Source: Mesotaenium endlicherianum
Lineage: Eukaryota
Direction of reading: 5' to 3'
NCBI GenBank assembly: GCA_009602735.1
Contig: WELA01003305.1
Span: 925,763-964,103, forward strand
DNA length: 38,341 nt
The notes below the pieces were generated by a model. The model saw only the letters and a program-made list of their open reading frames with translations, was not told where the DNA came from and searched no databases. Shown here piece by piece: positions 23,057 to 34,500 of the stretch (the first letter of the stretch is position 1; the number at the start of each line of letters is the position of its first letter). The position numbers and the translations under genes were made by a program.

Positions 23057-26000
23057 AAGGAGAGGGAGAGGGAGAGAAGCACAGAGTCATCTCCAATATT
23101 TCTGCTGCTTGCAAGCTTGCTAGCTTCGTGTGAGCACGCCATATGGCAACTCCTTGCCATACCCGTCCCAGGACGAGGACCACCGAGGGTCCCAAATCCC
23201 CTTGGAACACACCACAGTACATCTGCAGCAGAAGGTCTCTCCAGATAACACTTGGTGCATACATGCCTTCCCACCAACAATCCCGCCTCCTTTGTCCTCA
23301 GTCATCGTGGCAGGCCCTTCTGCTCTTCTGCTTCGTGGCTGAGGTGGGGTTGAGAGGAGGGAAGAGAAGTGGAAGGGGAGGGTCACACGCGACAAGAAGG
23401 GGAGCGCAGCAACCCACCTGGGTCATGAGCATGTTGAGGTCCCCCATGTCCGTGAAGTGCTTGCGGTGCTTGAGGGCGTTGTCAAGCGCGCCCGAGCATC
23501 GGCGGGCGAGGTCCCAAAAGGGCGCGTGCTCGCTCACCTGGTGCGTGTTCAGCAGCGCCGAGTGGTAGAAGCCTGCCAGGTGCCGCCATCCCCCCCACGC
23601 ACGACGCCACATATGCCGCAATTGTAACTCAGAGCACACCCCCACAGCATACCCTATGTACCCTCGAACCAAAAATGTCCACGTCTTTTGTCTTTCTTCT
23701 GCAGAGGACAACCTTGTGGATCTTTACTATCGTGGTGGAATAATTTTTATTGAAGGGATTCCCCAGCAATTGCATAAGTGGCCCTACCCCACCTCACCCT
23801 CCTCTCCGCTGCTTCGCCCACCTCTTGCCAGAGATCCCAGCCTTAATCCAGTTTGTCTGAGAGCGGGAGCAAGAGCAAGAGCAAGAGCAAGAGCAAGAGC
23901 AGGAGAAGCAACAGGGGCAAGAGCAGCAGGAGATACTGCGTGCCAACAGAAGTGATGCTCTCCTTGAACTAACCAGATGGTCCCCCAAAAGGAGGAGGAG
24001 CGTGCGGTGTGTGAGCTGCTCACCGACGGCATCGCTGGGCAGGGGCGGGGCGAGGAGGGGCCGGCAGTCGAGGAGCGTGGTGATGGCCATGGCCTCCTGC
24101 CTGCTGCCCAGCTGCTTGCTGGCGGCAGCCGCCTTGAGCAAAGCGGCACTCAGGGCGCCGTAGAGGTTCGTCCTCTCCTTCTCGCACACCTGCCCCCCAC
24201 GAGGGCAATCGGGAGAGACACACATATCCACGTCACAGATGGAGGAGGAAAAGAGGAGCCTGTTAGGCAAGGGACGAAGAGTGGACAAAACATTTACACA
24301 CATGGACGGTAAACAGTTGAGCTTTGCCAGAGCAATATCAAATAAGGAAGGAGTTGCCCTGTCCGATGTGCATGCGCGGCCACTGAGAAACTTTGATTTT
24401 CTGCTACAGTTCGCCGATACTTACTTCCACTCTGAGCCCTACGATAGCCACCTCCTTTTCCTCCCCCCTTGCGACTTCATTGTCTCTCTAATTACGGGGC
24501 TGCTTGTATGACTCCTCAACTTTCTGGCCCTAATAAAATGACCCTGACAGCTGATTTAGTTGATGAAGGGCCACCAACCGCCATCATTGATCAACGGCAG
24601 CAGTGCTAGGCTCGCCCCACTTTGCAGGCCATCATAGAGCAGTCAGGGGAAACAGTAAGCTGGCGACACCAAGACATGACACACGGCCCTCTGAGGCCGG
24701 TTGTTGCATTAGACAAGAGAAGGCATCGGCCAGACTAACTGGGGCTGCAAGGGGCTTCAACAGGCAAGGGCGGGGGCTTGAGAGGGGGAGGGGGAGGGGA
24801 ACGAGGAGAAGGCACCGCAAGGAGGGCATCCGTGTCGGCTTTGGAGAGGCCGCTGCGGATGAGCGCCGAGCGCCGCGGAGCCTCCGGCTTCTCAAACTTC
24901 AGACACGCGTGCCTCCTCGAGCTCAGCCCGTAGCCTGCCACGTGTCAGCCAGCTGCCGGCCCCGATGAGAGCGCTGGCGCACCACTTGGTGGAAGGACAC
25001 CTGCCGAGGCGGAGATGCCATCGGCTAAGCCGTGCACACTATGCTGCTTCCAATCCAAACAGCTTGAGAGCCTTCACGAATTCACAGAAAGCACTCAAGT
25101 AGCACAGGCACGCGAGTGCAGCACATGTGAAATGCAGGGGCACGTGGAAGGAAACTGTGCCGCTGCTCAGGGTCTCTTCTAAGAGCGCAGTGTCACAAGT
25201 CCAGCACACACGCCGTCAGACTCCAGCCAGCCTACAGTTCCTTCACGATATCGGAACGTGACAACAAAGAAGCAGAGGAAGCAAGGCCGTACGAGCAGCA
25301 GCCACACCCAGGTCCGCTCTCCAACGGACTGCAGGGAACAAAGAGTGGCTGAAGCAGGCGTTCTGCGATAACATACCAATGACATCGACCCCATGAGCCC
25401 AGAAGGGCTTATTTGCTTGCCCTTTGGGAATGGCCTCTTCCACAGTTGGATACTTGATCTGATCAAACTCCTTCTTGCTAGCCTCCTCCGCAACCTTGTC
25501 ATTCTCCTCGGCGCTGGATACCCCGCCAGGTGCATCGTCTACAGAACCTTCTCCATCGTTGACCTCGAGATCGAGGGCGGCGAGAAGGTCCCCGGTAACA
25601 GCTCCCGCCGACACGCGGTCGCACGCGCATGTGTGGGCTCTTAGGATCACCAGGGACCGGCCGTGTGGCATTCTGCAAGACGCGATGTGCACGTGCCTTC
25701 TATTCCTCACTGACTTGCAATCTTATGAGGCTTCAATCTTGTGGTCAACTCATATAATTTTGTGATGTCGCTAGGTGATGTGAATTGGCACTGCAACTGT
25801 ACAAGGCAATTAAATTTGATTGCTTGTGTAACACATGATGGTTGCTGAAGTTGCTGGGCAAATTTGTATGTCTGAGCATGATTGTGTACGTAACAAGAGC
25901 ATCTTCAGTTACAAGCAGTACCATTGGCATGCCAAGCCATGTGATCTTGGACACCCCAATGCGTTCCTGCCCAAAGAGGTAACTGCCCAATCCAGCATCT

Positions 26001-27818
26001 GGCCCCGAGCCCTCCTCCCTGTCATAATGCAGATCTTGCCTCCTCAAGGCACCTTGCCCACTAATATTCTTTTCAAGCAAGCATGTTTCAGTAGCACCAG
26101 TTCCTGTGGACGCTGGAGCTTTTCAGACAAGTTCTCCAATAGAATCAGTTCTTCTGGCCCTGCCTTCAGGCCCAGCAGAATCATGGCATGTTTGACATTT
26201 TTACTGACCTGTACAGGCGAACCTTCAGAAGGTCGAGGGGTGCCTGAGAAGGCTCCAGGCTCTCCTCGGAAGGCTCCCTCAGAGGCATGTTCATCTCCCA
26301 TTCAACCACCTTCAGCCACTTGTCGTCACACATGTTGAGCAGGTACTTCAAGTTTCCTTCCCGGTCCCACGAATCCCTTCTCGCTTTTCGTTCCTCTTCC
26401 TTACTGCCTGCTCCCTGTCTCTCTATGCTCAGCTTGTAAGCTTGCTCAACCCCCGACCCGGACTGCTGTACTCTACATTCCTCAAACTCAGGTCCATTTC
26501 CCTTCTCAATATCATTTGCTGAAGCATTGGAGGCATCCACACAGTCCACAGTGCCTGCAGTCTCGTTTGCGACCAAGCTGTCCTTATCGTTGTCCTTGCT
26601 TTCAGAAGCCTCAGGGAGAGGGGATGTTTCATCATCTGACTCAGGTGCTGTCCAGCTCTCAATTACCTCTACCTTCGCATATGGGTGTGGTGCCGTCTGA
26701 ACAAGCACAGACGCAATAAATCCGGATGTTTGAATTTCACATGAAGTAGTTGCTCTGGTACGCTGCTAGCTTGTGATCAAGCTGAAGGCATATCTAATCA
26801 ATGACACTTCCCTCTTGCCCTTTATGCATACTTGGTGATCAATGTTTTTGGTATTTGATACTCCCTCCTTCAAGCGCCTTGACAAAAAAGTATCCAAATT
26901 GTCTGCTCCCACTATAAGGGCACGTCACATGGCTTGTCAAGTTAGTTCGCACAATTATCATTGCCAGCTGTCAAAACACATGATAACTTGCTAATTCCAA
27001 CAATCACCACTTACTGACAAGTCGTCAGAATGTACACGCTAAGTAGCCCCGTTCGTGTTCGGAATTGCTTGTGGCGGGTCAGTGACAAGATAACTTGTGG
27101 GTGTCAAATCAGCTTTCGGGAGGTCACAGAAAACTACATGCATACTTGAAATGCCAGCTTCCCGTTTATGTTGGTTATACGCGATCGTATTCTTGGATGT
27201 CTCTCTTGGATGGCATCCACAGCTCGTTGTAGAACACCTCCATCGATGTTGGCTTTGAACAGGAGGCCAATGACAGTATTGCCTGTGCCTCCATCAACTG
27301 CTCTGCACCAGTTCTGCAACAGATTTTCGACAAAAGGCAATTTTATGATGCAAGTAGCTAACAGAACTCGCCACAACAGGAATTCTACGGTCCAACACGG
27401 CTCCTTAAGTCAGCTGTATGAAAAGGAATTATATCCTTGATTTATTAGATAATCAACTATTGTAAGTGAGCTTTTGAGCAAGCGCGAAGTGCAGAACAAA
27501 AAAGGACAATGTAAGCCGAGACACCTCTTTATGGAACGCTGCTACTTCCTTCATTTAGCCATTTGAGTAATCTTATGGTTCTTCCACCGCAGCAGTGTCC
27601 AGAAGTTGCAAAGGTGCAAACGGAGAGGAACTGTCGTAAGCTTCCACCGCTTGTTTAGGAATTTGTACCTGTTCAGTGTTACCAAGATATCGACTATACG
27701 GACCCATAAGCTGGTCTTCAAGCGCTGGACCTCCGAGCTGCAACCTGGAAAGCATCTTTTCTTGCACCGCACCGTTCCTACATTCACTTGGCGAAGCTGC
27801 GCCTTGAAGGCGATCCAT
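21097..27818 (-). CDS. Condensation-domain / CoA-dependent acyltransferase-like protein, At3g52610-like (9 exons, ~622 aa)
   Basis: Exons 27818-27669, 27313-27146, 26696-26209, 25672-25377, 24934-24816, 24189-24024, 23572-23418, 22090-22001 and 21333-21097 all have GT-AG introns and consistent phases (1869 nt). The spliced peptide has family motifs LGNTEQNWCRAVDGGTG, LRAHTCACDR, ANKPFWAHGVD, GFYHSALLNTH, KHFTDMGDLN, LTPAASLRT and DYVGCSSIHGVGP...PLHSRAQM. The start codon is uncertain (27818, 27851 or further upstream). Confidence 0.88.
22001..22090 (-). CDS. At3g52610-like exon 8
   Basis: AMQHPHLTPAASLRTSMLVAFRDILFERMQ|gtccgc; 90 nt. Confidence 0.88.
22220..22315. repeat. (GT)n microsatellite in intron 7
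   Basis: Pure (GT)n at ~22271-22305 with degenerate flanks. Confidence 0.95.
22603..23076. repeat. (GA)n microsatellite spanning an assembly gap, intron 7
   Basis: (GA)n on both sides of the N run at 22666-22993. Confidence 0.95.
23418..23572 (-). CDS. At3g52610-like exon 7
   Basis: GFYHSALLNTH...FWDLARRC...KHFTDMGDLNMLMTQ|gtgggt; 155 nt. Confidence 0.92.
23868..23900. repeat. (AGCAAG)n hexamer microsatellite in intron 6
   Basis: About 5 copies visible. Confidence 0.9.
24024..24189 (-). CDS. At3g52610-like exon 6
   Basis: VCEKERTNLYGALSAA...TLLDCRPLLAPPL...|gtgagc; 166 nt. Confidence 0.9.
24816..24934 (-). CDS. At3g52610-like exon 5
   Basis: GYGLSSRRHACLKF...DTDALLA|gtgcct; 119 nt. Confidence 0.85.
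25377..25672 (-). CDS. At3g52610-like exon 4
   Basis: MPHGRSLVILRAHTCACDR...KPFWAHGVDVI|gtatgt; 296 nt. Confidence 0.9.
26209..26696 (-). CDS. At3g52610-like exon 3 (with long acidic low-complexity insert)
   Basis: cag|TAPHPY...VVEWEMN...VRLY(R)|gtcagt; 488 nt, ends phase 2. Confidence 0.82.
27146..27313 (-). CDS. At3g52610-like exon 2
   Basis: cag|NWCRAVDGGTGNTVIGLL...HPRIRS...AFQ|gtatgc; 168 nt. Confidence 0.9.
27669..27818 (-). CDS. At3g52610-like exon 1 (5' end uncertain)
   Basis: Ends ...SRYLGNTEQ at donor CAG|GTACAA, phase 0. Confidence 0.7.
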
Positions 27819-30607
27819 AGCATTAAGTGTATAGAGAGCTTCAGTAATCATTTCGATTACTCCAGTCTTGTGAAGTGCTCGTTCCAACACACAGTGAAGG
27901 TGATGCTTTCAGACCACCTTCCGTTTCTGAAAAGCGCACCCATTTACCCCAAAGATTCAAGTTCTGTGTTAATACTAAAACGTTTAGCATCCCTGTTTGA
28001 CTCATTGAGATGTCACCCACCTATCTCCTTGCCGCGACAGTTTGAGCTGAGAACTAGACTGACCAATACGACGTCAGTGATAGGCACCCTTTTAGATGAC
28101 TTGTGTTTAAGCGCTATGAACATCTCTCTGAAGTCGGGAGCATGCCGAGATCCAGATAAAGTGGTCCCCACGGAGCTTTCGTGAAAAAAAATGAAATCAG
28201 GGTCCTCCAGCAAGTCGACGACCTCGAGGGCTCGACCAAGAACAAGAGCTATCATGTATCAAGAGCAATTGTAAGCCAGCGCGAACAATGTCGAGCAATG
28301 TCAAGGCTGTCATGACGCAACCATGACGGGGTAGCTAGCGCTGGGCTAGCGTGACCTTTTGGCGAGTTTTACCGGAAGACCTGTTTAGTTGACAATCGTC
28401 AAACTTCAGCACGCTGCTCCACTCTGCGTATGCTGGCGTATGCTATCCCCAGGGCTACCACACATAACCGCGCATTGCCCCCCCCATAGTTTCTGGCAGT
28501 TTCTGGTATCTTGGAATGTATCGGGTTTGACCGCATGCGAATGGCATGCGATGCCTTTGGGACCAGTTTGGGACCCTTGGACCCAGCTTGGACCAATTAA
28601 GAAATGGTTCAAATCAGTCAAACTCGAGCTTTTCTTGTTGACCAACCTGCTTACCTACAGGCTCTACAAAATTGTAGAGCACATTACACAATATTTCCAA
28701 AAGTTCACGAAAAACGCCCAAAAGTTCCGACACCTAAGGGCTTGTTTACGGTGGTCATAAATAACGTCCGCTGTCCATTCAAATGTACTTGCTTGTACCT
28801 GGAAGTACAGCGCCCCCTTCATCCTTGAATATCGCGAGCAAAAAGTGGTTTAGACTGGTTTTGGGCGGTTCATTGCTATCGAATCCAGTCACTTTCAAAG
28901 TTGAATAACGAACAAATATAGCCATTACAGCGAAAAACTCAATTTACCTCAAGAGTTCAGTTAAGTTTTTTTTACCTCAAAGCAACTCGCGTTGACGTAA
29001 ACTTGAATTGATGTCAATGAAATAGCAAATCGGTGCCGTCACTGTAACCCAAAGTTGATATTTTATGGTCATACGCGATTGAAAAAGTGAGAGTTGTAAA
29101 TTGAATCACAAAAAGTCAATCGTGTGAACGAAGGAAATGCAGCATTATAATTTTGGCACTATACATCAGCCCTAAGATTGCTTCGAACTAAAAAGCTGCG
29201 TGCTGCTTTGAGTGAGTTGCAAAACACATTACGTCTTAAATGTACGTATTTTTTAGGAAAAAGTCGTATGATTTTAGCGTACCACTGCTTTGCGGAATGT
29301 CGCTAATAACGCGTACCATTAGATTTTGGTAATGCTGTCCTTTTGCGTACAACTAGGTTTTGTAAGGACCAGCGAATGATTCCAAAACGAGAGTGATTGG
29401 AATGTACGACTTTGCACTTGCAAAGTTCATCAGCCAATTAAGCGCAAAAAGTTGGTGGTCTACAATGGACTTTCAGGTGGCACGTAGTTGATTGAAATGA
29501 TCAAAGGGCTTGATTGAACATCAAAGTCCAATCAACTGAGCTCTACTTTTCAAATTTACTATTGAGCGAACTTGAAATTCTAGAGATCATTTAAGCTTTG
29601 ATATGTTTCCTTCCCGCCGACCATACTTGCCATAAAGACTGTGGGTATAAGGTCGGGGATACAAATCGTGAATTGACATGGCGTACCCAATGGTGTACTT
29701 CAACTTTTTGCGATGAGGTCGGGTTGGGATGGAAAGGATTTAGAAAATTGGAGAGCACCATGTACACTTTCAAAGACACAATTTTAAGTGTGATCAGAGC
29801 CAAGAAAAACGTTAACAAGAAGGGCAACATCGTATGAAGTGGTAAGAAGGGAACTTATCATTTTATGCGTTTGACTTCAAGACAGTAAACCAAAATTTGT
29901 ATCCAATATTGATTTGGATGTAATCTTGAAACTCGTCGCCTTGATCAAGTATATTTTGAATCCTGCAATTGCCGTTAATCAACTCAATTACTTTGGCTGC
30001 TGTAAACTGGCCCTAAGTATAGGGTATTTTTAAAAAATCGTTATTTGAGACGTAGTCTATTAATATTAATTTGTAGTGAAACAGATAGATAAAGTACTTA
30101 GTCAAATAGATTACTTTATTCAAGACAAGGATCTTTAAACACAAGTGGTAGCTTCTTGAAAGAGAGATGGCTTCTTGAAACTTAATATATTTCTGGATTT
30201 TGGCAAGTACAAGAGTGATTCTGGAATGTCTTTCTATGTTCTAGCTCTTGTTTATATACTTGCTACATAAGTAATTTCTAGGAAAGTGTATGTTGATGTG
30301 TTGGCACCCAACACATCCCAAAACTCGCCACCTCTTTCTAGAATAATGTACACATGTCCTTTTGACCTAAAAATGGCACATTTGACTTTTGCCACATGGA
30401 GTTCTTCTAGGTCTTTCCTCTAACTTCGAAAATGCCTTGGAAGGTTCAAAGGACATGAACCAAGTTACTAGAGTACCTATTCACACTTGACTCCACACAA
30501 TACTACTCCAAATATATTTGAAAACATTAAAATATATGCAAACTAATATATAATAACTCAAATCACTACATCACCCCCCCGATAGAAAAAGCGACGTCTC
30601 GGCGCGT

Positions 30608-30735
30608 CAAGTCAGGTCTTACACATGTGGAGCAAACTAGTCAACAGTTTCAAGTCAGATGCCACACATGTGAAGAAAACTAGTCAAAGGCGCCAAGTCA
30701 GGTGCTACACATGTAAGGTAGACTAGGCAAGGTCG
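30608..30735. repeat. ~43-bp tandem repeat x3 in the retroelement 3' UTR (also at ~33760-33885)
   Basis: CAAGTCAG(G/A)T..(T/C)ACACATGT...ACTAG(T/G)CAA repeated three times in both copies. Confidence 0.85.
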
Positions 30736-31339
30736 TAGGTGGTGTGACCTTATTGGCTAGCCTACTCCTTAATGATAAAGAAAATTGTACAAGTTGGCGC
30801 AGAATCTGCCACGAATTCAAAAATTCATAACGTCCACAAAACTGCTCCAAATCTAAAAACTTGAATGCCAAACGGACCGCGTCGGAGAACTCTATCGGGT
30901 CACCAAATTTGAGAGCATTCAAATTTCTGGAGTGTTGTTGAGAGCTGAGAGAGTAGGCACTCCTCCAAATCTGTGCAGAAACTTCTGAAAATCATAAGTC
31001 CTTCTATACTTCTCCAAATTCTGCAAAGTAAGTCTCAAAATGGGCGCTGTAAGATATTCTACCAGAGTCTTGAGTTTCACAGCATTCCAAGGTCAGAGGA
31101 GGGCACAATGTCAGAAGGCATATTCTGCCCTAACAATGCCAGCAGCCTGACCCCCTTCTACTTAGCGCATCATATCTCTCTCACCAGAGCTTCAAATTGA
31201 GCAAACTTGGACTCAAATTGACCGACTACTTATGGAATACAGCCAGGTATATTTTCAGAATTTATTATGAAGAGACCTATCACCAGTATCAGTTTTAGTT
31301 TTCTGTCCAGAAACTGCAAGAAGAGAAAAGTGACTAATG

Positions 31340-33220
31340 TCAGTTTTTCCTCTTTGTGGTTCTTGCAGGCTGCCTCCAAGGGGTCTTTTGCTGCTTCTTG
31401 ATGGTGGCAGGCTGCCTCCCTGAAGTCTTTGGGCTTCTAGTAGAGAGACTTGGGGCTGGTCCAAGATGAGGGTTGGCGGCATGGAAGCGCTTCAACTTTC
31501 TCTGAACTTTGTCAAGGTAGTGCGCCGCCACCCAACTATTCTCCGAATCTGGATATCCTTTCCACTTGATCAAGTATTGCTGCTGTCTCCTGAAATTTCT
31601 CATAGCCACTATGTCTTCCACTTCGTACTCCAAATGATCATCCACTATTGTTGGGGCTGGTGGGGTTGTCACACGTCCTGGGAACTTGTTGTCGGGTTGC
31701 ACATATGGCTTGAAGAGGGAAGCGTGGAATACGGGGTCGATGTGCATAGTCTGGGGAAGTTCTAGCTTGAAAGCAACGGGGTTGACTTGCTGGATAATCT
31801 TGAAGGGTCCCAAATACTTGGGAGAGAACTTGCTGCCGGCAGGCCTGTTGTTCAGGGAAATGTTCTTGGATGATAGTAACACGTTGTCACCCATTCTGTA
31901 CGTAATTTCTCTTCTGGATCTGTTCGCCACTCTTGCTTGAGCATCTTGCGCGTGTTGTAGAGCTTTCTTCGCTGCTGTAAGGGCTGCTTCTAATGTCTCC
32001 ATAAAATATGTGGGTGCAGGTACTTCATCATGGCCAGCCGTGAAGCTCAGCGGCGTGGTCGGATGGGAGCCATAGTTGAGGAAGAATGGGGACTCTTGGG
32101 TAGAGGCTTGCGTAGTGTTGTTGTAGGCAAACTCCAAGGGGGTCAAGTACATGTCCCAATCTTGCTCCAGGGTAGACACGTAGGCCTTTAGAGAGGTCTT
32201 CAGGGTGCGATTCATACGCTTAATTTGCCCATCTGATTGTGGGTGGTAGGCGGTAGACATATCCAGCGATGTACCCAAGTTCTTGAAGAGATTTTTCCAG
32301 AAATGGCTTGTAAATTTTGGGTCTCTATCGGACACAATTCTTGATGGTAGTCCATGGAGTCGGAAGATGTTGTCAAAGATGAGTCTTGCAAGTTGTGGTG
32401 CTGTAGCCTTAGTCGTCGTGGGAATAAAATGAGCCATCTTGGTAAGTCTGTCCACCACCGTGAGTATTGCATTATGGCCTCGAGGTGTCACGGGCAAGTC
32501 CACGATAAGGTCCATTGAGATGTCCGTCCATTGCCTTTCCGGGATTGGTAGTGGTTGGAGGAGTCCTCCCGCCTTTTGGGATGATGGCTTGACTCTTTGG
32601 CATGTGTCACAGCTCCTGCCTACTCCTTGACTTGCTTAGACATGGCCAACAATAAGTCCTGGCTAGAACGCCAGTGGTCTTTAGGATTCCAAAATGTCCT
32701 CCAAGAGGGTTGTCGTGTGCTTCTCGTAGAAGCAAGAGCCGGAGGTCTAAGTCATTAGGAACACATCTCTGGCCGGAGTCTTGCCTCACCCAATAATTGC
32801 CTTCTTGCTTCTTGTATGGGTCCAAGGCTGCTTCTCCGTTCTTGTAGTAAGGGTCTCTTTCATAGGCAGCTGAAAATTGAGCTTCCAGATTTGTCCTCAG
32901 GGATGTCATCACGGCGTTTAATTGCAGTCTTGAGAGGGGGTTAGCCGGGTTTGTCTTGCCGGGCTGGTACTGAATCGTGATGTTGTATTGTTGCAAGTAT
33001 CCGCTCCATCTTGCTTGTCTCCTTGAGAGATACGGCTGCGTTTGGAGGTGCTTTAAAGCCTCGTGGTCCGTGGTGACCAGTACCTTGCGTCCTTCAACGT
33101 AGCAGCGCCAAACCTTCTAGGCATGTACAATCGCCAATGCCTCTCGCTCCGTGGTTGTATAATCTTGCTCGGCCGGATTCAGCTTTCTTGACTCGTAGGC
33201 GATGGGCTGCAGTCCCTTGC
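31340..33220 (-). pseudogene. pol: Inactivated pol (RNase H C-terminal part, integrase, chromodomain) of copy A
   Basis: Nonsense TAG at 33117-33119 (VHA*KV vs VHALKV in copy B); small deletions near 32620 and 32643 that shift frame; integrase catalytic Glu changed to Lys (QSDGQIKRMN vs [10 protein letters not shown]). Confidence 0.93.
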
Positions 33221-34500
33221 TGTAGTGAAACAGATAGATAAAGTACTTAGTAAAACAAAATACTTTATCTATTCAAGACAAGGATCTTTGAACACAAGTG
33301 GTAGCTTCTTGAAAGAGAGATGGCTTCTTGAAACTTAATATATTTCTAGATTTTGGCAAGTACAAGAGTGATTCTGGAATGTCTTTCTATGTTCTAGCTC
33401 TTGTTTATATACTTGCTACATAAGTAATTTCTAGGAAGGTGTATGGTGATGGTTGGCACCCAACACATCCCAAAAGTTGCCACCTCTTTCTAGAATAATG
33501 TACACATGTCCTTTTGACCTAAAAATGGCACATCTGACTTTTGCCACATGGAGTTCTTCTAGGTCTTTCCTCTAACTTCGAAAATGCCTTGGAAGGTTCA
33601 AAGGACATGAACCAAGTTACTAGAGTACCTATTCACACTTGACTCCACACAATACTACTCCAAATATATTTGAAAACATTAAAATATATGCAAACTAATA
33701 TATAATAACTCAAATCACTACATCACCCCCCCCATAGAAAAAGCGACGTCTCGGCGCGTCAAGTCAGGTCTTACACATGTGGAGCAAACTAGTCAACAGT
33801 TTCAAGTCAGATGCCACACATGTGAAGAGGACTAGTCAAAGGCGCCAAGTCAGGTGCTACACATGTAAGGTAGACTAGGCAAGGTCGTAGGTGGTGTGAC
33901 CTTATTGGCTAGCCTACTCCTTAATGATAAAAAAAATTGTACAAGTTGGCCCAAAATCTGCCACAAATTCAAAAATTCATAGCGGCAACAGAACTGCTCC
34001 AAATCTGAAAATTTGAGTGCCAGACGGACCGCGTCGGAGAACTCTACCGGGTCATCAAATTTGAGAGCATTCTNNNNNNNNTCATTTTTGGAGTGTCGTT
34101 GAGAGCTGAGAGAGTAGGCACTCCTCCAAATCTGTGCAGAAACTTCTGAAAATCATAAGTCCTTCTATACTTCTCCAAATTCTGCAAACTAAGTCTCAAA
34201 CTGGGCGCTGTAAGATGTTCTACCAAAGTCTTGAGTTTCAGAGCATTCCATGTTCAGGGGAAGGCACAATGTCAGAAGGCATATTCTGTCCTAACAATGC
34301 CAGCAGCCTGACCCCCTTCTACTTAGAGCATCATATCTCTCTCACCAGTGCTCCAAATTGAGCAAACTTGGACTCTAAATGACCGGCTACTCATGGACTA
34401 CAGCCAGGTAAATTTTCAGAATTTATTATGCAGAGACCTATTACCAGTAGCAGTTTTAGTTTTCTGTCCAGAAACTGCGAGAAGAGAAGAGTGTCTAATG

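Larger units (their letters stand above)
30072..33220 (-). mobile_element. Ty3/Gypsy chromovirus copy A (3' part: 3' LTR 30072-30570, PPT, 3' UTR, integrase-chromodomain, partial RNase H), interrupted by copy B
   Basis: LTR TGTAGTGA...TCACTACA; PPT GGGGGGGTGA on the minus strand (30571-30580); pol homology co-linear with 34501-36386. Confidence 0.96.

Noticed and set aside
22430..23280. ER/SL-repeat proteins in the ORF track
   Set aside because: They are translations of a (GA)n microsatellite and a gap inside an intron.
27606..28255. 192-aa plus-strand ORF and 80-aa minus-strand ORF near the host gene 5' end
   Set aside because: The plus-strand ORF is antisense to exon 1, and neither has recognisable homology. 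The minus-strand ORF could be a 5' UTR or upstream exon but cannot be supported.
30698..31255. Short ORFs in the retroelement 3' region (possible extra or env-like gene; also 34044-34584)
   Set aside because: They are under 80 aa with no motifs, and most start at non-ATG codons. Treated as 3' UTR.
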